Assembly (NCBI GenBank): GCA_951406725.2
Contig: OX597821.1
Coordinates: 13,392,001 to 13,456,000 of the forward strand
Length of the DNA: 64,000 nt
Direction: 5' to 3'
Source of the DNA: Octopus vulgaris
Lineage: Eukaryota
Each line of letters opens with the position of its first letter. The stretch's first letter is position 1. A program made the position numbers and the translations under genes. The notes beneath the pieces are model-generated. The model saw only the letters and a list, made by a program, of their open reading frames with translations. It was not told the DNA's origin and did no database searches. Positions 1 through 12,147 of this stretch are shown here, in pieces.

Positions 1-45
<45 letters not shown>

Positions 46-631
46 CACATACATACGCATTTACATACTCGGCGCGCGCGTGCACACACACACACTCAGA
101 CACACACAAACATTCTACATGCGTGTCTGTTTTAATTTCTGTGAATGTAACACAGTCAAACTGAAAAGGTCACAGGCTCGATGGCCAAACTTCCCTCAGC
201 TAACTCACACTGTCATTTGTTATTGGTGTTCACCCGTTGAACCATTGTAACTCAATCCAACACTTAACCAATATCGCCGTACACTCGAACAGATTTGATG
301 AATCTGCTTGTAGTTTCGACAAATTAATCTTTCAATTGCTCGAGCAACGGATCTATATATTGAATTATTAAAACGGATCTCGGCCGCTCTCGACGATTTG
401 TATCCAGTTGATTGATCAGCTGTATTACGTAATCATTGAATTAACATGCAAGTAGGGAAGTATTCTGCATACACACGTTTCCGTTATATAATTCTCGGAC
501 AAAATCAGCGTAACACAACCTGACACAACATAACATTGGAATTATAGATACAATCCCTCAGACGGCTTTCTACATAGTTTCAGCATATTCAGTTTCACTC
601 AAAAGTCTTTAGTCGACTGGAGGTTATATTG

Positions 632-1385
632 ATTTCAAATTTTGGCCCAAAGCTAGCAATTTGTAGGAAGGGATTGATCGGTACTTATTTTATCGACCCC
701 GAAAGGATGAAGGGTAAAGTCGACCTCGACGGAACTTGAACTCAGGACGTGAATACGGACAAAATGCCTTTCACCCAGCTTGCTAACATTTCTTATTTCT
801 TTGCTACTCTTAAGGAGCTAGACACACAACATTCATGTCATTTGGTATGGCTACATCAATGATTTGACACTATTTGTCTCTCTAATTCAATATGACAATA
901 TCCAACCGACGGTGTTCGATTACATGATCCGTCTGGAAATCATAGTCTAAGAGCATGGTCACTTTTCCATCTTCCTGCATAACTTTACTCTTAATGAGCT
1001 AGAGGGAACAAACAAGGACAAACAAACGGATTAAGTCGATTACATCGACCCGAGTGCGTAACTGATACTTATTTAATTGACCCCGAAAGGATGAAAAGCA
1101 ACTTCTACCTCGGCGATATTTGAACTCAGAGCGTAACGGCAGACGAAATACCTAATTCTTTACTACCCACAAGGGGCTAAACACAGAGGGGACAAACAAG
1201 GACAGACAAACGGATTAAGTCGATTATATCGACCCCATTGCATAACTGGTACCTATTTAATCGACCCGGAAAAAAATGAAAGGCAAAGTCGACCTCGACG
1301 GAATTCGAACTCAGAACGTAGCGGCAGACGAAATAATGCTAAGCATTTCGCCCGGTGTGCTGACGTTTCTGCCAGCTCGCCGCCC
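632..1385 (-). mobile_element. SINE-A cluster (3 partial or complete copies)
   Basis: Repeated core tggtacttatttaatcgaccccgaaaggatgaaaggcaaagtcgacctcggcggaatttgaactc; tRNA-like head with B box gagttcaaattcc on the minus strand. Confidence 0.85.
823..985 (-). mobile_element. Internal fragment of an RLE-type (R4/Dong-like) LINE endonuclease domain
   Basis: Minus strand reads VMQEDGKVTMLLDYDFQTDHVIEHRRLDIVILN*RDK*CQIIDVAIPNDMNV (RPD...IIDVAxP motif, two stops). Confidence 0.8.
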
Positions 1386-1413
1386 TCGCTAGACGTTATA
1401 TTAAAATACATTT

Positions 1414-1640
1414 GAAGGCGGCGAGCTGGCTGAATCATTGACACACTGGGTAAAATGTTTAGCGGCATTTCGTCTGTCCTTGCGTTCTGAGTTTAATTTT
1501 CGCCGAGATCGACTTGCCTTAGATCCTTTCGGGATCGATGAAATAAGTACCAGTTATGCACTGGGATCAATGTAATCGACTCGCCCCCCTCCACCCCACC
1601 TCCTACCAAATTTCAGGCTTGCGCTTAAGGTAGAAAAGAT
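1414..1640 (+). mobile_element. SINE-A
   Basis: gaaggcggcgagctggc head, core and tail type 2. Confidence 0.85.
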
Positions 1641-2065
1641 ATTAAAAGACACTTGGCTAAGATATCCCACACTAGCATCGAACACAAAACTCGGGATTGT
1701 AAAGTGAATATCTTTAGCAATTGTCATTGCAGCAGGTGTATTTGGGTAACTGAGGTGTTGCATGTCTGCTGTGCAGAAGTGTACGGTTCCTCTTCTCGAT
1801 GTGACGATACGTTTATTGTAATAAAGTTAATACTCAGAGCAAAAACCAACTGCTTGCATACGAGAAGCATGGAAGGACGGTTCTTGTCATACATGTCCAG
1901 TCCTGCTAAAATGGAGCTTCCAAATAGTTTCCTTTTACTATATTTTAAACCCGAGATTATATTAGAAGGCACTTATAAGGCACTTATCTACATGCTTCCC
2001 AACCACTGCGTGGCACCCTGGGCAGGTGTCTTCTGCTATATATATATATATATATATCACATAGC

Positions 2066-2255
2066 GGCAGGTGTGGCTGTATGGCACGAAGTTAGCTTCT
2101 CAGTCATATGGTTCTACGTACAGTCCTACTGTATGGCACCTTAGGCAAGTCTTTTATGCTATAGACTACATAGACTAAGTCCGACTAAGCATTGTGATCG
2201 GATTTGATAGACAGAAACTGAAAGAAGCCCTTCGCATATATGTGTACGCGCGCCG

Positions 2256-2297
<42 letters not shown>

Positions 2298-2505
2298 TTA
2301 TGTGTCACATTGTGTCTGTTTCCCACACACACACACACACAATCGATTGATAACCGGTCTTAGTTGTGTCTGCGTCGCAGCAACTTGGTGTTTCGGCAAA
2401 AAGAGACCAATAGAATAAGTACAAAGGAGGCAATTTCTTAGATTAAAAGGTGGTGCTCCAGCATGGCCACGTCAAAATGGCTAAAACAAGTAAAAGAATA
2501 AAAGA
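2066..2505 (+). mobile_element. SINE-B (decayed)
   Basis: tRNA-like head, internal TG tract, ggtggtgctccagcatggcc tail. Confidence 0.8.
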
Positions 2506-2858
2506 AAAAATATATATATATATATAGTTCCGTTACTTCAGTTTTGTTCAGAGAAGGCTGTTTGATGGTCCAAATACCTCTGTTGATCGATGTTTATCAG
2601 CGCGTGTTCACTCAAAGCCATAGCAAATGCAATAAACCAGACCAATGTGTTCGTATTTCTGTTTTCTACGTAGTAATTTAACTGGTGTCTTACAGAAATG
2701 TGAATTTCATGCTCAAATGAAGATATGGGACTTGCTTTGAACAGATCCGGTTCTCGTCATCTTCTTCAATCATCAGACGGTCTCGCGGCATACAATATAA
2801 TGGCCGGCAGTAAGGCATTAGGAACCGTGAGAAAACATAGAAATATGTGAACAAATGT

Positions 2859-3000
2859 AACTGGTACTTATTTTATCGACTCCGAAAGAATGAAAGGTAA
2901 TATCGACCTCAGCGGAATTTTGAATTCAGAACGTAAAGACGGACGAAATGCCGCTAAGCATTTTTACCGGCGTGCTAACGATTCTTCGAGCTAGCCTCCT
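2859..3000 (-). mobile_element. SINE-A partial (part of an inverted duplication)
   Basis: Core and head; near-identical to the reverse complement of 5208-5351. Confidence 0.85.
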
Positions 3001-3343
3001 ACACTTCTTCAATTTTGGAAAAAGGAAATTATCATTGGGATAATGAATCCCTATATAGCTTTAAAATTTGTCTTTAAAAAATGGAGTGGTCATGGCTGGA
3101 ATGTTGTTGATCATAAATTTACTAAACTAAGACTGACCTAAGGTTAAACGAGATCAGCAGCAATAACAACAGGTAGAGACAGTAATTCGTGACACAGTCC
3201 ATAAAACTAATGCTCCGTGTGTGTACAGCTTTATTCTTTCTGCGTTAAATAACATATACATAAAAATCCAATTTGAAACATACTTCCGACTTGAACTTTT
3301 ACAGATATTCCAAAGATCCATAACAAGAAAAGAAAAATCTTGT

Positions 3344-3515
3344 AGGCGTAGGAGTGGCTATGTGGTAAGTAGCTTGCTTAGGAACCACATGGTTCTGGGT
3401 TCAGTCGCACTGCGCGGCACCTTGGACAAGTGACTTCTACTATAGCCTCGGGCCGACCAAAGCCTTGTGAGTGGATTTGGTTGATAGAAACTGAAAGAAG
3501 CCCGTCGAATATATG

Positions 3516-3563
<48 letters not shown>

Positions 3564-3787
3564 TGTGTTTATGTTTGTGTGTCTGTGTTTGCCCCCCCCC
3601 CCCCAACATCGCTTGACAACCAATGCTGGTGTGTTTACGTCACCGTAACTTAATGGTTCGCCAAAAGAGACCGATAGAATAAGTACTAGGCTTACAAAGA
3701 ATAAGTCCTGGGGTCGATTTGATCGACTAAAGGCGGTGCTCCAACATGGCCACAGTCAAATGACTGAAACAAGTAAAAGAGTAAGAG
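3344..3787 (+). mobile_element. SINE-B, full length
   Basis: A box tggctatgtgg, B box gggttcagtc, internal TA/TG microsatellite, tail tgactgaaacaagtaaaagag. Confidence 0.9.
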
Positions 3788-4631
3788 CAAAAGACTACTA
3801 ATGACTAGACTTCAACATTGTATACATCTATGATAATTATTATGAACCCAGGATTCAGTAAAATTTACACGTCATATACGAAGAAAAATAAAGGTTAAAA
3901 GACGGATAATGCACCAAGAATTTTATGACTAATTTCATAATATATCGTTTAATTTTAGTGCATAATTTCAAAAACAAACAATATTTAAGAAACGTATTCA
4001 TAGATCTTTTCCTACCGGTTTCAACTTAAATTGAGTATTTCATGTCTATACCGACCAAGTTTTCGGTTGAGCGGTGCTCATCGGCCGACTAGAAACAAAA
4101 GAAATAGAATGTCTGCTAATGCATTGTAAGATGTGTAGATCAATGAAGTCTGATGTGTTTTAACTGCCATCTTGCTGCCGCTTGAGTTCATATCATACTA
4201 ACATTCATGTGGGATACCGTCTACATGTCACAATGGCGGTAGCTTCTGATAATGCCTGGTAATGTGCTGATGACGTAATAATAAAAACACAAATATGCTG
4301 CGATTTGTCTCCCTTGCAGAAAAAAATTTTAAAGTAATATTTGTCATTTATTCATTTTATTCTATTTATTTATTTAGTTAAGCTTCATTGCATAATAATT
4401 TCTAATTAGCTTTCTAATGTTTCCGGCATTAGATATATTAACACTAACCTTAACTTAATTATAATGTTTGACGTAACTGGCAAGGCATGTAAAAGTTTAC
4501 AATATAACTGTAATAAATCAAATACTTTTAATTTTATTGCGATCAATGATAAATAAGACAGCTGATTTAATTACCATCAATAAATTGATTAAATTTGTTG
4601 ATGCTGCAATTCTTGATGTTAGTGTTGTTGT

Positions 4632-5200
4632 TGTTTAAACCTCTCCTATCAATCTTCACAGAACAAGCGTATGATCAAAAGTGTTCCAGCCACGACCATT
4701 ACGTGTATTCATTTTTATTATTCATATATCTGCTTCTACACTTTCTAATGTATCGATGCTTTGTTAGGATTTGAGGGAGCCATGACTACTCTTTCCAGCA
4801 AGTAAAGCGATCACATAGTGATTTTTGCATTACCATTGCAGATGTTGCTTGAGCAAATCTATGATCGAAAGCGTTCCAGTTATGACCATCATACTATTGT
4901 AGCTCAGCATTTAATATAATTAAACACTACATTATCCAACGCAAAGGCGTTGGGCTGTGATTTCAGTGAAATATGACTACTATTTCTAGCAAGTCAAAAG
5001 TATGGAGCATCCCTTGCTGGCTCAAAATAATCTACGTGCTGCTGTTATTGCTGCTGATCTCGTTTAACCTTAGGTCAGTCTTAGTTTAGCAAATTTATAA
5101 TCAAAAACATTCCAGCCATGACCACTCCATTTTTTAAAGACAAATTTTAAAGCTATATAGGGCTTCATTATCCCAATGATAATTTCCTTTTCCAAAATTG
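4632..5200 (+). repeat. Three tandem copies of an old unclassified interspersed repeat (D)
   Basis: Shared tatgatcaaaa..ttccagcca(t/c)gacca...tttctagcaagt; related copies near 26300-26430(-), 37452-37700, 38500-38575 and 58607-58890. Confidence 0.6.
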
Positions 5201-5207
5201 AAGAAGT

Positions 5208-5425
5208 GTAGGAGGCTAGCTCGAAGAATCGTTAGCAAGCCGGTAAAAATTCTTAGCGGCATTTCGTCCGTCTTTACGTTCTGAATTCAAAATTCCGCCG
5301 AGGTCGATATTACCTTTCATTCTTTCGGAGTCGATAAAATAAGTACCAGTTGAACACTGGGGTCAATGTAATTCACTTATCCCCTCCCCCGAAATTTCCG
5401 GCCTTGTGCCAAAATTTGAAATCAA
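5208..5425 (+). mobile_element. SINE-A
   Basis: Head, core and tail type 2. Confidence 0.85.
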
Positions 5426-5569
5426 TATTAAAGACAGTATAAGGCCAAACAGTCTCATATTTCACTTCGTAATCACAAGGTCCCGAGGTCGATAGCATTT
5501 CTTTCTTTCTCAATTCTCTGATTCAAAATGTTTACATCCATGATTTCTCTATCTTGTGTTCCACACATC

Positions 5570-6070
5570 GAGTGCTTACGTGGTAAGAAACATTCTTCCC
5601 AGCCATATGGTTTTGAGTTAAATCCTACTTCGTGGCACCTTGGGCAAGTGTTTTCTGCTAAGGCCTCGGACCTTGTGATTGGATTTGGAAGACGGTAACT
5701 AAAAGAAGTCCGTCGTATATATATGTATGTATGTATGCATGTATGTATGTATGTATGTATGTATGTATGTATGTATGTATGTATGCATGTATGTATGTAT
5801 GTATGTATGTACGTATGTATGTATGTATGTATGTATGTATGTATGTATGTATGTATATACGTATGTATGTATGTATGTATTATGTGTGTGTGTGCCCCAG
5901 TATCACTTGACAACCGCTGTTGATGTGTTTACGTCCCTAAAACTTAGCGGTTCAGCCTAAGAGACTGATAGAATAAGTACTAGGCTCGATCTGTTCGACT
6001 AGAACTCTTCAAGGCGGTGCCCCAGCATTGCTGCAGTCTAGTGAGTGAAACAAGTAAAAGATAAAAGATA
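5570..6070 (+). mobile_element. SINE-B with internal (TATG)n
   Basis: Family match on both sides of the microsatellite. Confidence 0.85.
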
Positions 6071-6403
6071 GTGGCACACAAAGATAGAATAACCAAAGAA
6101 TATCATACCAGACTAATAAAGATGGCGGCGAGGATTTTCCTTTTAAAACAAGGCAATATTCCAGAATGCCTTAGTAGTGCTCATACTGATACCATCGTTT
6201 TGACTGGCCTGTAAAGAAAATTCTTTCCATGGACATTAAAGTTCTGAAGATCCTGACAGCAACTGCAAACTTCTATAGAAACAGCAGTTTTGATAGACTA
6301 TCTCAAAAGTGAGAGTGGGAGGAGGTGGATTATTAAAGTCAGTGCAGACAATCTTAGAATGCTGTATCATTCAGACAGCGTCTAATAAATAATAGATAAA
6401 CGT

Positions 6404-6681
6404 TGCCCCTTTTCGAGCCTAGCCAACCTGTTTCCCGGTTTCTGTGGCGTATGTGTTCCCCAGCCAGTCCATCGCAGCGTTACTCAAGAAACAGGAAGAG
6501 AGAGTGAGAGAAAGTTGTGGCGAAAGAGTACAACAGGAGTCGCCACCATCCCCTGCCGGAGATCGTGGAGCTTTTAAGTGTTTTCGCTCAATAAACACAC
6601 ACGACGCCCGGTCTGGGAATTGAAACAAGGATCCTCTGACTGCGAGTCCGCTGCCCAAATTACTGGGCCATTGCGCTTCCA
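6404..6681 (-). mobile_element. SINE-C, tail type 2
   Basis: tRNA-like head; TSD aataaataata. Confidence 0.85.
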
Positions 6682-6919
6682 CAATAAATAATATAAGCAA
6701 ATGCAAATACATCAACCAACGGTTCAAAAAGTAAAGTGAAAAAAAATTTGCTGTTGCTAGTGAATCCCCCAAGAAGCACGCACTTCTTAGTGACGTCTTA
6801 TATGAACCTGGCAGTGAGGCTTTAGCCTGTATCAGCAAAGACTTAGATAAACACTTTGCATACACAAAAAGGTTATAGGTGGATGTGTTTCTTGTAAACT
6901 TGAAAAGGATGGTTGTATT

Positions 6920-7112
6920 GGTTTAAAATTTTGACACAAGGCCAGAAACGTTAGAGGGAGAGGTATTAGGCCTTATATCGACCTCAGTGCTCAAATGGCA
7001 CTTACTTTGTCGTCCCCGAAACGATGGAAGTTGACCTCGGTGATATTTGTCGGAAGAAATGACAGTAAGCATTTTGTCCGACGTGCTATTGATTCTGCCA
7101 GCCCACTGCCTT
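6920..7112 (-). mobile_element. SINE-A (decayed)
   Basis: Degenerate core and tail type 2. Confidence 0.7.
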
Positions 7113-7379
7113 AAGGAGGATGGTAAATATGAACATGAAGGGTAGCCTCTCTTAGACTCGCAACCGCTACTTCCCATGTTACACTTAGGCAAATCAAAAA
7201 TAGAAGATAGCTACAACAAAAATAAAAAATAAAATAAAGACACTGTGAAACTCTTAAACTCCGGTGATGCTACCGAAAATTATAATCATGTCATTCTTTT
7301 GTCATCAGCAGCTGAGCATGATGTTGCTAAAACTGCTTATGATGCTACCCTGAGAAGAAAACTGCTCAAGAATAATCAT

Positions 7380-7605
7380 TTGTACTAAAGGCAGAAGTCC
7401 TGAAAAAATGGGGCGATGAAGCGGCGGGGGGACTAGTTGATTAGATCACCCCCAATGTTTCACTGGTATTTAATTTGTCGACCTCGAAAGGATGAAAAAC
7501 AAGGTCGACTTCGACAGAATTTAAACTCAGAATGTAAAGACAGACAAAATGCCGCTAAGTATTTATTTCATCCGGCGTGCTGACGGTTCTGCCAGCTCAC
7601 TACTT
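7380..7605 (-). mobile_element. SINE-A
   Basis: Core and head. Confidence 0.8.
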
Positions 7606-7644
7606 TAGAATAATAGCAACACTTCTGTTACTAGATGTATCCAT

Positions 7645-7781
7645 AGGCGTAGGAGTGGTTGTGTTGTAAGTAGCTTGCTTACGAACCACATGGCTCCGGG
7701 TTCAGTCCCACTCCGTGGCACCCCGGGCCGACCAAAGCCTTGTGAGTGGATTTGGTAGACGGAAACTGAAAGCAGCCCGTC

Positions 7782-7832
<51 letters not shown>

Positions 7833-8022
7833 TTTGTCTGTGTTTGTACCCCCAACATCACTTGACAACCGATGCTGGTGTGTTTACGTCCCCGTAACTT
7901 AGCGGTTCGGCAAAAGAGACCGATAGAATAAGTACTAGGCTTACAAAGAATAAGCCCTGGGGTCGATTTGCTCAACTAAAGGCCACAATCACATGACTGG
8001 AACAAGTAAAAGAGTGAAAGAG
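7645..8022 (+). mobile_element. SINE-B
   Basis: Family match with small deletions. Confidence 0.9.
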
Positions 8023-8393
8023 TATATATATATCAACTTTGGGGTATTGAGGGAACATTCCCACCAGAACTTTTACCTAGTGAAAACATAATAGGCATGA
8101 TAGTTATTTGGGGCAAAAAAAATGGAAAACCATGGTTAAGCAAAGAGTTAGCTCTTCTGCATCTCTTGCTAAATCTGAGAATCTCTTCCAAAAATCAGTA
8201 AGTAGAATATCTATGGACCACTGCTACAAAACTTACAGCTTGTCTACATTGATTATGAATTAAAATACAGGCTGGGTCAAAAGTCACGCAGAAAATAAGT
8301 TCAATTAGCTCCGGATTCCTCAGATATGCTTCAATGTTTCTAGTAAAACAGGAAAATGAGAAATACGTATGTACATGATGAACAAAATGAATA

Positions 8394-9480
8394 AGTGACA
8401 CCGATAGACTGTACTTGTCCAGAATAAAAGGTGGGAGAGGTCTGATCAGTTGCCAGTACTGTATCGAAGCCGAGGAAGACAGCTTAGGGTGGTATATAAA
8501 AATGCCGTGGAGCCACTGTTGAAACACACGAAGAAGGCCGGTATCATCAAAACTGAAAACTGTGTAACTAGAGAAAAATGTAAACAGGAAATGAAGAAAA
8601 AAAACAATAAAAAGCATGGAAGGGAAAGAAAATCTACGGACAGAGATGTCAGCACCAAGACATACAGAGAACCGATGGCTATGGATGTAGAGAAGTGACC
8701 TGAAGATAGAGACAGAAGCACTCATATGCGCAGCTCAGGAACAAGCGTTAATGATCAACTATATGAAGCGCAGAACAGACAACAATACCGATAGCGACAA
8801 ATGCCGAATGTGTGGTGAGACCGGTGAGACAGGTGAAACGGTATGACACATCGTTAGCGAAAGCCCGAAATTGGCACAAAGAAATAACAGAAGACTCCAT
8901 GACAGTGTGGCAAGAATGATCCGTTGGGAGCTCTGTGGAAACCACAGCCTACAAAGAACAAAGTCGTGGTAAGTGCAAATTCCAGGAGTTACCGAAAATG
9001 AGAACTGCAAAATCCTGTGGGATACAATGATCCAGTGCGATCACTTGACCAGACATCGGGAACTGGACAATGCTGTGGTGAATAAAAAAGAAAGAACATG
9101 TATGATAATCGACATATAGCATGCCCAGATGACAACAGGTTCAATGTGAAAGAAGAAGAAGAAATAAACAACTATGACGATTTGAAGTGGGAAATACGAA
9201 TGTTGTGGTCAATGAAGAGAGCAGACGTGATACCAATAATAATTGGTGCACTTGGAAGTATCAGCACTCAACTACCAACCTGGCTGAATAAGATAGGTGC
9301 TAAGTGTGAAGGTAGAACATCTACAAAAATCAGTATTGCTTGGAACTGCAAGAATTCTTCGCAGGGTTCTTGAAGCACGACCAATAAACAAGTGTCACCT
9401 TAGCTGCTGGCTGCAAACAGCTGACACTCTCCATTATACCCAGCAAAACAAGCTGAGAGTTTCCATATGATAATTATAAT
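8394..9480 (+). mobile_element. 5'-truncated R4/Dong-like non-LTR retrotransposon (CCHC knuckle plus restriction-like endonuclease), pseudogenised
   Basis: SDTDRLYLSRIKGGRGL; DLKIETEALICAAQEQAL; KCRMCGETGE..HIVSE; ENENCKILWD..IQCDH; IACPDD; VIPIIIGALG; LLGTARILRRVL. Contains stops and frameshifts; ends in a degenerate TAA tract. Confidence 0.9.
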
Positions 9481-9494
9481 CCTTTATTATTATA

Positions 9495-10047
9495 AGTACA
9501 AGGCCTGAAATTTGGGGGTGGGGAATAGCCGATCACATCGACCCCAATGTTTCACTAGTACTTAATTTATCGGCCCCGAAAAGACGAAAGGCAAAGGCAG
9601 CTTCGGCGGATTTTGAACCCGGAACGTAGCGGCAGACCAAATAATGTTATTTTTTTGCCTCAAGGGCCGCTTGGGTGAGGTGGGGATGAGTCGATTACAT
9701 TGACCCCAGTACTCAACTGGTACTTATTTCATCGACCCCGAAATGGGGAAAGGCAAAGTCGACCTCGGCGGAATTTCAACTCAGAACGTAGCGTCAGACT
9801 AAATACCTATTTCTATTTCTTTACTACCCAAAAGGGGCTAAACACAGAGGGAACAAACAAGGACAGACAAACGGATTAATTCGATTATATCGACCCCAGT
9901 GCGTAACTGGTACTTATTTAATCGACCTCGAAAGGATGAAAGGCAAAGTCAACCTCGGCGGAATTTGAGCTCAGAACATAGCGGCAGATGAAATACCGAT
10001 AAGTATTTCACCCGGCGTGCTAACGCTTTTGCTAGCTCACCGCCTTC
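9495..10047 (-). mobile_element. SINE-A cluster (3 tandem copies)
   Basis: Core repeated at about 9560, 9720 and 9910. Confidence 0.85.
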
Positions 10048-10054
10048 AATAAAA

Positions 10055-10254
<200 letters not shown>

Positions 10255-10710
10255 AAACGTAATATAGATTAAATGTCAGCCATTTTGAAGCGTGGCTTTT
10301 GGACCACGCTGTATGTACCAATAAATATTGAGATACTTGTTTTTCTGAATAAATTTTTATTGTGAGAATGTTGCAAAGTTAGGATTTTCGAATAAATATA
10401 TATATTTTTTAAATATCGTGGGCAGTAAAGAGCTGCAAGATTTTTCTAAAGTTTGGCATGTAAAGACTAGTTGCTTTTTGTCCAAAATCTATTGATGATA
10501 CAAAGCAACATCGTCTTTGCAGAAGCCAATGAAATTACAATATACATATGTAAATACAGATCTACAGATATACGTGCGGTTATACATAATTGCATCCATA
10601 TTTAAATAAAATTAATATTTCGTTTATTTAAAGTCATTAAGAGGTTCTTACGATTCTATTGAAGAAAATATAATAGTTGCATACTCACACAGGCACACAC
10701 GCAATAGCAT

Positions 10711-10743
<33 letters not shown>

Positions 10744-10987
10744 ATCAGATGCATAGATAAATACACACACAGTGGAGATATTCACTGGCTTCGGTGCACA
10801 CACGCATCGGCTAAACGTATCATATCTTTATCTAGCTAACGTGCACACAGACACATACAGACAGGCAAGAGCAGCGGACACGCATTCGTATACACTCACA
10901 CTTATACATGCATACGTGTCCATACGTATAGGCTGGTGCTGGTTTATGTATATGGAAATTCAGTTATATGCATATGAATACGTACAT

Positions 10988-11056
<69 letters not shown>

Positions 11057-11066
11057 GATAGATGGA

Positions 11067-11101
<35 letters not shown>

Positions 11102-11340
11102 TTAGCTAGAGATAGATAGATGCATACATACATACATACATATATACATACATGCATTCATATATGCATATACATATATACATACATACATATATGCATG
11201 CATGCATTCATATATGCATATACATACATATATGCATACATGCATTCATATATGCATATACATATATACATACAAGCATTCATGCATACATACATACATA
11301 CATACATACATACACACTTACATTCATGCATACATACATG

Positions 11341-11372
<32 letters not shown>

Positions 11373-11660
11373 CATACATACATACATATATACATACATA
11401 CATACATACATACATACATACATACATGTATACATACATACATATATATATACATACATATATACATGCATGCATGTATACATACATACATATATGCATA
11501 CATACATACATACATACATGCATACATACATGCATACATATATACATACATACATACATACATATAAACTTATATGCATACATACATACATACATGCATG
11601 CATACATACATACATACATACATACATACATACATACATACATACATACATACATACCTA
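10988..11660. repeat. (GATA)n followed by degenerate (TACA)n
   Basis: Seen directly. Confidence 0.95.
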
Positions 11661-11684
11661 ACGTTGTGTGTGCATATATATATA

Positions 11685-12116
11685 TGTGGCTTTCTGGTAA
11701 GACGTTTGCTTTCCAGTCACATGGTTCTGGGTTCAGTTCCACAGCGTTGCAGCTTCGGTAAGCATCATTTACCAGAAGCCTGCACCGACCAAAACTTTGT
11801 GAGAGGATTTCGTAGACGGAGACTGAAAGAAACCAGACGTGTGTGTTCGTGTGTGTGTGAGTTTCTTTGTGAGAGGAAGAGTTTGTGTGTGTGTGTATCT
11901 GTGTGAATGTGTGAGAGAGAGTGAGAGAGTTTGTGTGTGAGAGAGTGTGTGTATGTGTGTAAGAGATTGAGAAGGTTTGTGCGTGTGTTTGTATATGTAT
12001 GTGTATGTGTGTGTGAAGGACAGAGAGTTTGTATGTGCTTGAGAGAGAGAGAGGTGTTTTGTGTGTATGTGTGAAAGAGAGAGTTTGTATGTGTATGTGT
12101 GAGAGAGAGAAAAAGG

Positions 12117-12147
<31 letters not shown>

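Larger units (their letters stand above)
6078..7370 (+). mobile_element. Highly decayed RLE-type LINE (end of RT to zinc-knuckle region), interrupted by two SINEs
   Basis: Frameshifted pieces KDRITKEYHTRLIK, NKAIFQNALVVLILIPSF, DIKVLKILTATANFYRNSSFDRL and HDVAKTAYDA. Confidence 0.6.

Noticed and set aside
1653-2144. 163-aa ORF
   Set aside because: No recognisable domain; the 3' part runs through SINE-B fragments and a TA tract.
2695-2810. AG...GT bounded exon-like segment
   Set aside because: Stops near the start in all three frames and no homology recognised; a UTR exon cannot be excluded.
8195-8725. 176-aa minus-strand ORF
   Set aside because: Antisense shadow of the Dong-like LINE.
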